Assembly (NCBI GenBank): GCA_037137555.1
Contig: JBAXKA010000002.1
Coordinates: forward strand, 3,133-67,132
Source: Candidatus Moraniibacteriota bacterium
Lineage (GTDB): Bacteria; Patescibacteriota; Minisyncoccia; Moranbacterales; UBA2206
Direction: 5' to 3'
Length of the DNA: 64,000 nucleotides
The notes beneath the pieces are model-generated. The model saw only the letters and a list, made by a program, of their open reading frames with translations, was not told the DNA's origin and made no database searches. The first letter of the stretch is position 1; each line of letters starts with the position of its first letter. A program made the translations under genes and the position numbers. Below are positions 18,943-28,986 of this stretch, piece by piece.

Positions 18943-21513
18943 ATGCAAAATATTTTTTCACCTAAAAATTCTAGCTATCCTAAAAAAGCTAGATTTAGCA
19001 TGCCCTGGAAAAAACTTTTTATTTTTTTTGGTATTTTAGTTGGCACTGGAATTGTGACTGCTGTTGGTGTTTTTATTTATTTTTCCAAAGACTTGCCTGA
19101 CCCAGGAAAAATAAACACGCGTTTTTTGGCGGAATCAACAAAAATCTATGATCGCACTGGCGAGCATTTGCTTTATGAAGTTCATGGTGAAGAAAAAAGA
19201 ACAAAAATTGCTTTTGCGGAAATGCCTGAAGTTTTAAAATTTGCCACAATCAGCCTAGAAGATCAAGATTTTTACAATCATTACGGAATCAAGTTAAGTT
19301 CTATTTTGCGTTCCATTTTCAAAGATCTTATCAATCTTGGCAAAGCTCAAGGCGGATCAACCATCACCCAACAATTTGTCAAAAATTCCCTACTCACCAA
19401 TGAAAAAACGCTAATCAGAAAAGTTAAAGAAGTTATTCTTTCGCTCGAACTAGAAACAAAATTTTCTAAAGATGAAATTTTAGCCATGTATCTCAATGAA
19501 ATTCCCTATGGCTCAAACGCCTATGGCATTGAAGCGGCCGCTCAAACTTTTTTTGGCAAACCGGCCAGAGAATTAACACTTGATGAAGCGGCTTTAATTT
19601 CTGCTTTGCCTCAGGCAACTGCCTATTATTCTCCGTATGGTTCACATCTTGATGCGTTAATTGGACGAAAAAACTTCGCCCTAAAAACGATGGCTCGTTT
19701 GGGTTATATTACTCAAGAACAATCCGATGAAGCAATAAACACGATGACACTTAATAAAATAAAACCACAAAAAAATATTTTTGCCGCACCGCATTTCGTA
19801 ATGTATATTAAAGATTATTTACAACAAAAATATGGCGATAAGGCCGTGGAGCAAGGTGGACTAAAAGTTTATACCACGCTCGATTGGGACAAACAACAAC
19901 TCGCTGAAAAAGTTGTCAAAGAAGGTGCCGAAAAAAATGCAAAAACATATGGAGCGGGCAATGCTGGTCTCGTAGCAATGGATCCAAAAACGGGACAAAT
20001 TCTTGCGATGGTTGGGAGTAAGGATTATTTTGCGGAAAGTGAACCGAAAGGTTGTACGCAAGGAAAAAATTGTGTCTTTGAACCAAATGTAAATATTGCC
20101 ACTTCGCTTTTGCAACCAGGATCTTCTTTTAAGCCCTATGTTTATCTCACTGCTTTTGAAAAAGGTTTCACACCGGAAACAAATATTTGGGATGCAGATA
20201 CCAATTTCAGCACCGAGGATGGAAAAATCTATAATCCAAAAAATTACGATGGCAAAAATAGCGGTCTCTTGCAAATGAAAGATGCGCTGGCAAGATCCTT
20301 GAATGTTCCTGCCGTTAAAACACTTTATTTAGCTGGTGTAAAAAATTCTGTTGCTACTGCAAAAAAAATGGGAATTACAACGCTCAATGAACCAGCTCGT
20401 TATGGACTTTCTTTAGTGCTTGGTGGCGGTGAAGTAAAATTATTGGATCATGTTAATGCTTTTTCTACTTTTGCCACTGGCGGAATTCGTCATAATAAAA
20501 CAGCGATTTTGCGTATTGAAGATAGTAAAAATAATATACTTGAAAAATATATTGCTAATCAGGGAGAAAAAGTTATTGAAGAAAAATATATTGCCATGAT
20601 TGATTATATTCTTTCTACAAATAGTCTTCGTGCTCCAGTTTTTGGCGACAAAAATGCTCTTAGTTTTGAGAATCGTCCAGTGGCTGCAAAAACAGGAACA
20701 ACAAATGAGTGGCGTGATGGTTGGACGATGGGTTATACGCCATCATTAACTGTGGGCGTTTGGGCTGGCAATAACGATCATTCCACTATGAAACAAGGTG
20801 CTGATGGAATTTTTGTGGCGTCTCCAATTTGGCGTAGCTTTATGGATGAAGCTCTAAAAAACACAGCCACTGAAAATTTTCCTAAATATGAACCAGAAGA
20901 AACTGGCAAGGATATTCTTGATGGCAAACTAGAAATAAAAAAAGAACTTAAGGTTTGTGAGATTCCCGACGAAAATGATAAATATTGCCTCGTTAATGAT
21001 TTTTGCCCGGAAAATAAAATTAAGAAAAAAAAGTTTTCTGACGCGCATAGTGTTTTATATTACATCAATAAAGATGATGTCAGAGGAGATGCGCCAAAAG
21101 ATCCCAAGAGCGATCCTCAATTTGAAAGCTGGGAAAAAGGTATAAAAAGTTGGCTGAAGGATCAAGATTATTCCACAGACAGCGCACCAAAAGATGAATG
21201 TAAAGAAAAAGATTTTTCTGATTATAAGCCAAGTGTAGAAATAAAATCACCATCAAATGGCGAAACGATAATCGCCACTTCTTTCACGATTTCTGTTAAA
21301 ATTTCCGCTCCCTATGGAGTTAAAAATTCTACAATCAGTGTTAATGGCAATAATATCTCATCTAGTAATAATGATTCTTTTAGTAATAACTACATAATTC
21401 CAGATGACAAAAAAAATTCCAGCTTAAATATAAAAGTTGAAACTACTGATAATAATGGCAACACAGATTCAAAAAGTATTACAGTTAATACTAATGTTCC
21501 GGCGATACCTTAA
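18943..21513 (+). CDS. class A penicillin-binding protein (PBP1A; glycosyltransferase + transpeptidase) with C-terminal extension
   Basis: N-terminal TM. GT51 motifs 'EDQDFYNHYGI' and 'GGSTITQQFVKN'. Transpeptidase 'SSFKP' and 'KTGTTNE'. Confidence 0.9.
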   Translation: MQNIFSPKNSSYPKKARFSMPWKKLFIFFGILVGTGIVTAVGVFIYFSKDLPDPGKINTRFLAESTKIYDRTGEHLLYEVHGEEKRTKIAFAEMPEVLKFATISLEDQDFYNHYGIKLSSILRSIFKDLINLGKAQGGSTITQQFVKNSLLTNEKTLIRKVKEVILSLELETKFSKDEILAMYLNEIPYGSNAYGIEAAAQTFFGKPARELTLDEAALISALPQATAYYSPYGSHLDALIGRKNFALKTMARLGYITQEQSDEAINTMTLNKIKPQKNIFAAPHFVMYIKDYLQQKYGDKAVEQGGLKVYTTLDWDKQQLAEKVVKEGAEKNAKTYGAGNAGLVAMDPKTGQILAMVGSKDYFAESEPKGCTQGKNCVFEPNVNIATSLLQPGSSFKPYVYLTAFEKGFTPETNIWDADTNFSTEDGKIYNPKNYDGKNSGLLQMKDALARSLNVPAVKTLYLAGVKNSVATAKKMGITTLNEPARYGLSLVLGGGEVKLLDHVNAFSTFATGGIRHNKTAILRIEDSKNNILEKYIANQGEKVIEEKYIAMIDYILSTNSLRAPVFGDKNALSFENRPVAAKTGTTNEWRDGWTMGYTPSLTVGVWAGNNDHSTMKQGADGIFVASPIWRSFMDEALKNTATENFPKYEPEETGKDILDGKLEIKKELKVCEIPDENDKYCLVNDFCPENKIKKKKFSDAHSVLYYINKDDVRGDAPKDPKSDPQFESWEKGIKSWLKDQDYSTDSAPKDECKEKDFSDYKPSVEIKSPSNGETIIATSFTISVKISAPYGVKNSTISVNGNNISSSNNDSFSNNYIIPDDKKNSSLNIKVETTDNNGNTDSKSITVNTNVPAIP

Positions 21514-21519
21514 TATAAA

Positions 21520-21801
21520 TTACTTTAATTTAATATCCTCCACCACATCATCACCAACCTCTTGATTGATTTTTTTAATGATGCGTGTTTTGTTTGTCCA
21601 AAGCTCGGCTGACCAGATGGAATTTTCCGCTTTAATAAATAAAGTTTTGTGTGCAAAATACTCTGGATTAAATTTTTGCTTTCCAATTAAGCCAAATTCA
21701 TCACTAATTACTTTTTTAAAAACAAAAAAGACAGTTTTATCATCCAACTGTTGTATTTTTTTAATTTTTCGTTGCCCTAAGATATCACCAAGCGCTTTCA
21801 T
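21520..21801 (-). CDS. DUF721/DciA-like protein
   Basis: 93 aa immediately downstream of dnaN. 'HKTLFIKAENSIWSAELWTNKTRIIKKIN' resembles the DUF721 core. Confidence 0.5.
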   Translation of the reverse strand: MKALGDILGQRKIKKIQQLDDKTVFFVFKKVISDEFGLIGKQKFNPEYFAHKTLFIKAENSIWSAELWTNKTRIIKKINQEVGDDVVEDIKLK

Positions 21802-21810
21802 TTTTTTATT

Positions 21811-22971
21811 CTAGTTTTTTATAGGCATGATAATATAAGTAAAATCAATTAAGACAGCGCTAGTGCTTTCAGAAAATTCTCGAATCGCCACTGGCGATGA
21901 ATCACTATTGGCCAATAGGGCGATCTTATCTGTTGTCACAACATTAATTCCTTCTGTTAGATATTTCAAATTAAAAACAATCTCTTGTGACTCACCAAGA
22001 ACTTCAAATTTGATTTCTGTTGAGTTTTCCCCCACCTCAACGCTCCTAGTATCAATTAATATATTTTTCTTCTCTGCGTCAATTTTTAAAACTATTTCCT
22101 TGGATTTTTCACTCACAAAAACTCCTGCCATTTTTAAGGCGTTTTGAAGAACTCGCTTATCACCAATTATTGTTGTTTTATATGTTTGTGGCATTATGTG
22201 TTTATATTCTGGATATTTTCCATTAATCAAGCGAGAAACTATCTTCATTCCACCGAGCTCAAAGAAAATCTGACCATCCTCGATAAATATTTCAATAATA
22301 GTGTCGGAAATATTATTAGAAATAATTCGATTTAATTCTGTTAATGTGTTTATTGGTATAATAATATTTTTAGTTTTCTCTTTTAGTTCGTTATATTTTT
22401 CTCGATTAACCTCTTTTTCACTTATTTTTAAAATATATTCCGATAAACGAAAGCCATCTGTGGCCGCAAAAAATAATTCACTCTCACCAAAAACAATATT
22501 CATACCAGTCAATTCTTGCCGTGCCTCATTGTGCGCAATAGCAATAAGTAGTTTAGAAAAAATATCTTTTAATTTATTGATTTCAATTTTAAATATAAAT
22601 TCTGTGCTTTTTTGTGGAATTAAAGGAAAATCCTCAGCAGAAAAACTTTTTATCTTAGCTTTAGTTTGCCCGTTTGTTATTTTTAAGTTTTGATCTACTG
22701 TCTCTATGTCCATATTTTCTTCTTCAGAGAGATTTGTAGAAAAATTACTTAGTAATTTCGCAGGAACCGTGATCACGCCTTCTTGTTCAACTTTTGCTCC
22801 GATTTTAATTTCAATTCCAATTTCTAAATTAGTCGCTGCTATTTTCAAATAACCTGCATGCGCTTCTAGTAGAATATTATTTAAAATCGGTAATGTATTT
22901 TGTTTAGATACAATTCGTTCAGAATTGATAATAGCTTTTTTAAAATTCTCTTGTGTGCAGATTAGTTTCAT
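21811..22971 (-). CDS. dnaN: DNA polymerase III beta sliding clamp
   Basis: 'MKLICTQENFKKAI...LPILNNILLEA', three-domain length, downstream of dnaA. Confidence 0.9.
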   Translation of the reverse strand: MKLICTQENFKKAIINSERIVSKQNTLPILNNILLEAHAGYLKIAATNLEIGIEIKIGAKVEQEGVITVPAKLLSNFSTNLSEEENMDIETVDQNLKITNGQTKAKIKSFSAEDFPLIPQKSTEFIFKIEINKLKDIFSKLLIAIAHNEARQELTGMNIVFGESELFFAATDGFRLSEYILKISEKEVNREKYNELKEKTKNIIIPINTLTELNRIISNNISDTIIEIFIEDGQIFFELGGMKIVSRLINGKYPEYKHIMPQTYKTTIIGDKRVLQNALKMAGVFVSEKSKEIVLKIDAEKKNILIDTRSVEVGENSTEIKFEVLGESQEIVFNLKYLTEGINVVTTDKIALLANSDSSPVAIREFSESTSAVLIDFTYIIMPIKN

Positions 22972-23234
22972 AGGAGTTATATTATATTTTATTAATTAAA
23001 TTAACTTATTATTGTTATTATAAATGGGATTAATGTGGATAACTAGTTTTTAAGGCTTTAATGTTGAGAAATAATGCAATATAAACTGTGGATAATTATT
23101 ATTTTTTAACTAAGATAAGTTGGGTGATTTTTTAGCTAAATAATTAAGTGTAATTATTATACTAAAATAACAAACAGTCTGTGATAGTTAATTGAGGGTG
23201 TTTTTAGTGGGTATATAAACAAGTTATTAACAGT
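22972..23234. promoter_or_regulatory. probable chromosomal replication origin (oriC) in the dnaA-dnaN intergenic region
   Basis: Two perfect DnaA boxes TGTGGATAA (= TTATCCACA on the minus strand) at 23034..23042 and 23087..23095. The flanking sequence is an AT-rich unwinding-like tract, next to dnaA/dnaN and rpmH-rnpA-yidC-jag. Confidence 0.7.
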
Positions 23235-24614
23235 TTATTCTATTTTATACAGATCTTCACAGATTTGATTGATTTCTTCTGAGAGCGTTTCGTCGGATAA
23301 ACGATTTTTGGAAATTTTATCAAAAGCGTGAATAGCGGTTGAATGATCTCTTCCGCCTAATTTTTCTCCAATGCCGGGAAAAGAGAATTGTAATTCACTA
23401 CGCATAAGATACATAGCAATTTGCCTGGGCTTAACAACCTCTTTTTTTCGATTTTTTAAAATTAAATCATCGGGATTTATATCATAAAAAGAAGAAACCG
23501 CTTTTAGGACATGTTTATATGTAACACCCTTTTTTTTGCCACTGGAAATTAATTCGGATAGTTGGCCTATAGTAAACTCAAGTGTAATTTCTTTTTTAGC
23601 TAATTGAGCGGAAACAATAATCCGATTTAATGCCCCTTCTAGCTCCCGAATATTATTTTTAATATTAGTGGCAATAAAAACTAACGCTTCTTGGCTAATT
23701 TCTATACTTTCATCGATAACTTTTTTTTGCAAAATGGCTAGTCTTGTTTCGAGATCGGGCTTAGAAACATCAGCTATCATACCACCCTCAAAACGAGAAC
23801 GCAATCTTTCTTCCAGGATGCGAATGGCTTTTGGTGGGCGATCACTACTAAGAACAATTTGTTTATTTAATTGATAGAGATGGTTGAAAATATGAAAAAA
23901 TTCCTCTTGTGTTTTTTCTTTATCGGAAATAAATTGAATATCGTCAATAATTAAGATATCAATTTTTTGATAATATTCTTTAAATTCGTTTATTTTATGG
24001 TTTTGTAGGGCGTCAATTAGGTTGGCGGTAAATCTTTCTGAAGTGATATATTTTACTCTAAAGTTTGGATCTTTTCGTAATATTTCATTGCCAATAGATT
24101 GAATTAAATGCGTTTTTCCCAAACCTACGCCACCATAAATAAATAAAGGGTTATAAATTTTCCCCAGATTTTGAGAAACAGCGATACAAGCGGCATTAGC
24201 TAGTTCATTATTTCCACCAACGATTAAATTTTCAAAAGTATATTTAGGATTAAGATTGTTTTCAAGGTTTATTGCAAATACTTTTTTTTCAATTTTTTTT
24301 TGCGTATAATTTTGAGGAGCAATAATAGCATCGAGCATGTTTTCTTTTCTGATTATTGAGCCCTCTTTTGGAGCGGCAATTACACATGAAACAGTTTTTA
24401 TGTCCGGTTGAATATTGCGAAGGGCTTTTAGAATATAGGAATTGTATTTATTCTCTAGCCATTCTTTGGCAAAACCAGTAGGAACACTAAGAATAATAAT
24501 TCCATCGGTATTGGAAATAATCTTTGTGCTTCGAAACCAGGTTGCAAAATTTGCTCTGGAAATATAAAGCTCTATTTCATTGAGGGCTGTTTGCCAGAGT
24601 TCTTCATTGAGCAT
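23235..24614 (-). CDS. dnaA: chromosomal replication initiator DnaA
   Basis: AAA+ 'LFIYGGVGLGKTHL' and 'IDDIQF', C-terminal domain IV, classic synteny. Confidence 0.95.
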   Translation of the reverse strand: MLNEELWQTALNEIELYISRANFATWFRSTKIISNTDGIIILSVPTGFAKEWLENKYNSYILKALRNIQPDIKTVSCVIAAPKEGSIIRKENMLDAIIAPQNYTQKKIEKKVFAINLENNLNPKYTFENLIVGGNNELANAACIAVSQNLGKIYNPLFIYGGVGLGKTHLIQSIGNEILRKDPNFRVKYITSERFTANLIDALQNHKINEFKEYYQKIDILIIDDIQFISDKEKTQEEFFHIFNHLYQLNKQIVLSSDRPPKAIRILEERLRSRFEGGMIADVSKPDLETRLAILQKKVIDESIEISQEALVFIATNIKNNIRELEGALNRIIVSAQLAKKEITLEFTIGQLSELISSGKKKGVTYKHVLKAVSSFYDINPDDLILKNRKKEVVKPRQIAMYLMRSELQFSFPGIGEKLGGRDHSTAIHAFDKISKNRLSDETLSEEINQICEDLYKIE

Positions 24615-24859
24615 TTTTTTGGATAAAAAGTTTAATAAAAGCTATTTTAAAGATTAAAATAAATATAGCACGGAAGAAAAATAATTGATAGCGGTAAAAG
24701 GTGAATAAACTGTTAGTAAGTCTAAGTGGTAAGTTAAAGTTAGTATAAGAAAGTTAAAAAAGCAAATATTTTCTTGTGATTGGCTTTTTGATTGACTTAT
24801 TAAAGAATAATTGGTAAGCTTTCAATTAGTTAGTTTTAAATATTTAACTCAAGAAATAA

Positions 24860-24997
24860 ATGAGCGTAACATATAAACCCAAAAGTATAAAGAGAAAAAG
24901 GAGTCATGGCTTTATTGAAAGAAATAGTACTGCTTCTGGCCGAAATGTTTTAAAAGCAAGAAGAAGAAAAGGTCGTGCTAAACTGACAACAGTTTAA
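24860..24997 (+). CDS. rpmH: 50S ribosomal protein L34
   Basis: 45 aa '[45 protein letters not shown]', close to the L34 consensus. It was not in the ORF track because it is under 60 aa. Confidence 0.9.
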   Translation: MSVTYKPKSIKRKRSHGFIERNSTASGRNVLKARRRKGRAKLTTV

Positions 24998-25021
24998 TTT
25001 TTTAATTTTTAAAATCAGGCA

Positions 25022-25369
25022 ATGCTACCAAAAAAGCATCGAATTAGAAAAAACGCTGATTTTGAATTGATTTGTCGCTATGGAAAGACTATTTCTTGCG
25101 ACAAGCTGATTTTAAAAATTAAAAAGAATAATCTAGCCGTAACTCGACTAGGAATATCAGTTGGATTAAAATTTTCCTCAAAAGCGGTTGCTAGAAATAG
25201 GATTAGACGGCAGGTGCGGGCGTTTTTTGAAAAAAATTTTAAAAAAATACAAATTTCCTGGGATATTATAGTAATCGTGCAAAAAGGGGCTGATAATGAT
25301 GTGAAAATGCTGGCTGAGCTGGAAAATAGTTTAATCAAAAATGGCCTAATTAATAACGCATTAAAATAA
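25022..25369 (+). CDS. rnpA: ribonuclease P protein component
   Basis: Basic 115-aa protein immediately after rpmH, with an 'RLGISVGLKFSSKAVARNRIRRQVR' RnpA-like motif. Confidence 0.85.
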   Translation: MLPKKHRIRKNADFELICRYGKTISCDKLILKIKKNNLAVTRLGISVGLKFSSKAVARNRIRRQVRAFFEKNFKKIQISWDIIVIVQKGADNDVKMLAELENSLIKNGLINNALK

Positions 25370-25370
25370 A

Positions 25371-26159
25371 ATGTTTTTATTTAACGAATTTGTTTATCGC
25401 CCCATCTATAACTTATTGATTTTTATTTATAATTTTATGCCATTGCATGATTTTGGCATTGCAATTATATTGGTGACTATAATAATCAAGCTTTTACTTA
25501 TTCCCCTCAGTCGCAAACAAATTGAATCACAAAAGAAAATGCAGGAATTACAGCCAAGAATAAAGGAAATTCAAGAGAAGCATAAAAATGACAAAGAGAA
25601 ACAAAGCCGGGCTTTAATGGAATTTTATAAAGAAAATAAGGCTAATCCATTTTCCGGTTGTCTTCCAATGATTTTTCAATTAGTGTTTTTGATTGCTATT
25701 TATCGCGTTTTATTTAATATTTCTCAAAATGGATTGCGAGTGAACGAGGCAGATTTATACACTTTTATAAGCAACCCGGGGCAAATTAAGCATCTTTTCT
25801 TGGGGTTGATTGATCTTTCCAGTATCGTGGACTTTAAAAATTATAGTGCAACAAATATTGCACATATCATTTTGGTGATTATGGCGGCCGGAGCACAATA
25901 TGTTCAAACGAAAATGCTCATGGCAAAAACAAAAAAACTTAAAAATGAGAAAGTTGATGATAAAAAAGATAATAAAGAACAAGACTTTGCTCAAATTATG
26001 TCCAAACAAATGCTTTATCTAGCCCCTGTGATGACTTTATTTATTGGTGTTAAATTTCCAGCTGGATTGGCATTGTATTGGTTAGTTTCCACTTTATTTA
26101 TGATTGCGCAACAAGAATATTTGGAAAAAAAGAGTATGCAAGTATTGATTAGTAAATAA
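25371..26159 (+). CDS. yidC: membrane protein insertase YidC/Oxa1 (short form)
   Basis: 'IAIILVTIIIKLLLIPL' and 'ANPFSGCLPMIFQLVFLIAIYRVL' YidC core. Synteny after rnpA. Confidence 0.9.
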   Translation: MFLFNEFVYRPIYNLLIFIYNFMPLHDFGIAIILVTIIIKLLLIPLSRKQIESQKKMQELQPRIKEIQEKHKNDKEKQSRALMEFYKENKANPFSGCLPMIFQLVFLIAIYRVLFNISQNGLRVNEADLYTFISNPGQIKHLFLGLIDLSSIVDFKNYSATNIAHIILVIMAAGAQYVQTKMLMAKTKKLKNEKVDDKKDNKEQDFAQIMSKQMLYLAPVMTLFIGVKFPAGLALYWLVSTLFMIAQQEYLEKKSMQVLISK

Positions 26160-26197
26160 TATTTAGATAATTAACAGTTTAAATATAGTTAAACCAT

Positions 26198-26677
26198 ATG
26201 GAACAGAAACAGGAAAATGTTGAAGGTGTGATCGTGGCAATAGTGGAAAGTTTGCTTTCTAGAATGGGTTTTTCCGCTAGCGTTGAGGCTAAGAAGGCAG
26301 AGGGTGTGGACGGTGCGATTGTTTGTGATATAAAAACAGAAGACTCTAGTTTTTTAATTGGTCAATATGGTTTAAATTTGCAATCATTGCAACATATTGC
26401 CAGAGTAATGATTCGAAAAAAGATTGTTCAACCAATTAATTTTATCCTTGATGTTAACTCTTATCGGCAAGAAAAAAATGATTCTGTTATTCGCTTAGCA
26501 AAAAACCTAGCTCAAGAAGCAATAATTGAAAAGCGTGAAATAACTATGCGGCCAATGACGGCCTATGAAAGACGCATTGTGCATATGGAATTATCGAAAA
26601 ACGATCAAATTAAATCAGAAAGCATTGGCGAGGGTGAATCTCGGCGCATCGTGATTAAGCCATTAGAAATAGTTTAG
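26198..26677 (+). CDS. jag: Jag/KhpB-like RNA-binding protein (KH + R3H)
   Basis: C-terminal R3H 'AYERRIVHMELSK' and position after yidC. Confidence 0.8.
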   Translation: MEQKQENVEGVIVAIVESLLSRMGFSASVEAKKAEGVDGAIVCDIKTEDSSFLIGQYGLNLQSLQHIARVMIRKKIVQPINFILDVNSYRQEKNDSVIRLAKNLAQEAIIEKREITMRPMTAYERRIVHMELSKNDQIKSESIGEGESRRIVIKPLEIV

Positions 26678-26705
26678 TAAAGTTTATTTTTTTAGATATT
26701 TTATT

Positions 26706-28124
26706 ATGGTTATTGCCAGAAAAATAGCCTATAATGTGCTTGTAAGTAGCATCTCAAAAGTGCTTTCTACGGCGCTTGCTTTGGTTTCAATTGGTTTTAT
26801 TACACGCTATTTAGGCAAGGAAGGTTTTGGTGATTATGCAACAGTTTTAGCTTTCTTGGCTTTTTTTTCAGCCATTTCCGATTTAGGCTTATATCAATTT
26901 TCAACAAGAGAAATTTCTCGTCCTGGTGCGAATATTGAGAAAATTATGGGCAATGCTTTCGCTATGCGGGTGGTTTCTTCACTAGTTATTTTTTTGTTTT
27001 CATTTGTTTTAATTATATTTTTACCTTATTCGCAAGAAGTGAAATATGGCGTCGTGATTATTGCGGCGTCTTTTATTTTTTCTTCTGGCTATCAAATCCT
27101 CAATGGCGTGTTTCAAAAAAATTTAGCTATGGATAAAGTTGCTATCTCAGAACTTCTGGGAAAAATTGTGCAATTAGCCGTGGTGATTTTAGCCGTTAAA
27201 CTTAAGCTTGATTTCTCATGGATTATTGCCTCGTTGCTGTTTAATATGCTAGTTAGTTTTGTGTTGGTTTATTTTTGGTCAAAGAAATATCTCAAATTAA
27301 GCTTTCATTTTGATATCGCTTATTGGAAAAAATTTCTTTCTGAATCATACCCAATTGGCATAATGGCTATTGTGGTTTTTGTGTATTTTAAAGTTGATAC
27401 AATACTTTTGTCCTTTATTAAAAGCAATACCGAGGTGGGAATTTATAATGTGGCATATAAGGTTTTGGAAAATATCTCTTTTTTTCCCGCGATGATCATG
27501 GGGCTTATTTTCCCGATTATATCCCAGCATATTTTCAGCGATAAAAAAAGCTTTCTTGCTATTTCGAATAAAACCTTCAAGGTTTTTATGTTGCTGGTTG
27601 TGCCGTTGCTGGTGGGGACGCTTTTTCTTGCTAGTGATTTAATTTATTTAATTGGTGGAGCGGGCTTTTCTGAATCAATAGTTGTTTTGCAAATTCTTGT
27701 TTTTGCCTTAGTGGCAATATTTTTTGGTAGTTTCTTTAATGCTATTTTGATTGCTGGAAATTTACAAAAAAAATTAGTGTTTATTTTGTCAGCCGCGGCG
27801 ATTTTTAATGTTCTGGCTAATTTAATTTTTATCCCGTCTTTTTCTTATTTAGCGTCTGCTACGATTTCGGTTATTACAGAAATTTTTGTGGCGGTAGCAG
27901 CGGGATATTTAGTGTTTAAAAAACTTAATTACTTGCCGAGAGCAGAAAAAATTGGCAAAATATTTCTTTCTGGCTTAGTAATGGCAATTTTTTTGTTTAT
28001 TTTTAGAACAAGCAATTTTTTTATTATAGGCTTTAGCAGTGTTTGCATATACTTGTTCGCATTAGGCATATTTCGAGCAGTGGAAATTTCTGAGATAACT
28101 AGTATAATTAATAAACATGAATAA
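26706..28124 (+). CDS. polysaccharide/O-unit flippase (Wzx, MOP superfamily)
   Basis: About 12-14 TM helices and N-terminal 'YATVLAFLAFFSAISDLGLYQFSTREISR', typical of polysaccharide biosynthesis proteins. Confidence 0.75.
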   Translation: MVIARKIAYNVLVSSISKVLSTALALVSIGFITRYLGKEGFGDYATVLAFLAFFSAISDLGLYQFSTREISRPGANIEKIMGNAFAMRVVSSLVIFLFSFVLIIFLPYSQEVKYGVVIIAASFIFSSGYQILNGVFQKNLAMDKVAISELLGKIVQLAVVILAVKLKLDFSWIIASLLFNMLVSFVLVYFWSKKYLKLSFHFDIAYWKKFLSESYPIGIMAIVVFVYFKVDTILLSFIKSNTEVGIYNVAYKVLENISFFPAMIMGLIFPIISQHIFSDKKSFLAISNKTFKVFMLLVVPLLVGTLFLASDLIYLIGGAGFSESIVVLQILVFALVAIFFGSFFNAILIAGNLQKKLVFILSAAAIFNVLANLIFIPSFSYLASATISVITEIFVAVAAGYLVFKKLNYLPRAEKIGKIFLSGLVMAIFLFIFRTSNFFIIGFSSVCIYLFALGIFRAVEISEITSIINKHE

Positions 28125-28986
28125 TCCATATCCTAAAGTTAATATTGTTGTTTTGAATTACAATGGCAAGCAGTGCTTGCCTGGTTGTTTAAAGAGTCTT
28201 TTTCAAGTAGATTATCCTAATTTTGAAATAGTTGTGGTGGATAATAATTCAGATGATGGATCGCTTGAACTGGCGAGGCAAAGTTTTTCCCGAGCGACAT
28301 TTATTAAAAATGAACAAAATCTAGGTTTTTCAGCTGGCAATAATGTGGGAATAAAATATTCCTTAGAAAAAATGGCTGACTTTGTGCTTTTGTTAAATAA
28401 TGATACGGAAGTGAAGAAGGATTTTTTAAAACAATTAATTCTCGCTACAAAAACAAATGACGCTGGTATTCTTGGTGCTTTGATTTTTTCTGGTAATAAT
28501 AAAGACATCTGGTTTTCTGGTGGAAAGATTGATTGGTTGCGTATGAAAGCGTTGAATGAGCAAGTATTAATAAAAAATAATAATAATTTTCCTGATTTTA
28601 TTTCTGGTTGTGCGATGTTAGTGCGAGCGGAAGTTTTTGCAAAAATTGGATTATTTGATGAGGACTTTTTTCTCTATTGGGAGGATGTGGATTTTAGTGT
28701 AAGAGCAAAAAAGGCTGGATTTGCACTTTCGGTTGTGGCAAACTCACATGTTCGCCACTTAGAATTAAGTGAAAACAAAAAAGCTAAAAAAATTTATTGG
28801 CTAGTGCTTTCTGGTTTGATTTTTTTTAGAAAAAATTCTGAAAAAATGCTTGGCTTTTGGGTTTTTGTTTATACGGTTTTGCGGAGAATAAAAAACTGGA
28901 ATGATGTACGAAAAAATAAAACAGCAATAAATTTGGCTGTGCAAAAGGCTTATGGGGATTTTGGAAAAGTGAAATGCGAAAAATAA
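28117..28986 (+). CDS. family 2 glycosyltransferase
   Basis: 'IVVLNYNG', 'EIVVVDNNSDDGS', 'NLGFSAGNNVGI' and a DxD-like 'NNDTEV'. Confidence 0.85.
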   Translation: MNNPYPKVNIVVLNYNGKQCLPGCLKSLFQVDYPNFEIVVVDNNSDDGSLELARQSFSRATFIKNEQNLGFSAGNNVGIKYSLEKMADFVLLLNNDTEVKKDFLKQLILATKTNDAGILGALIFSGNNKDIWFSGGKIDWLRMKALNEQVLIKNNNNFPDFISGCAMLVRAEVFAKIGLFDEDFFLYWEDVDFSVRAKKAGFALSVVANSHVRHLELSENKKAKKIYWLVLSGLIFFRKNSEKMLGFWVFVYTVLRRIKNWNDVRKNKTAINLAVQKAYGDFGKVKCEK

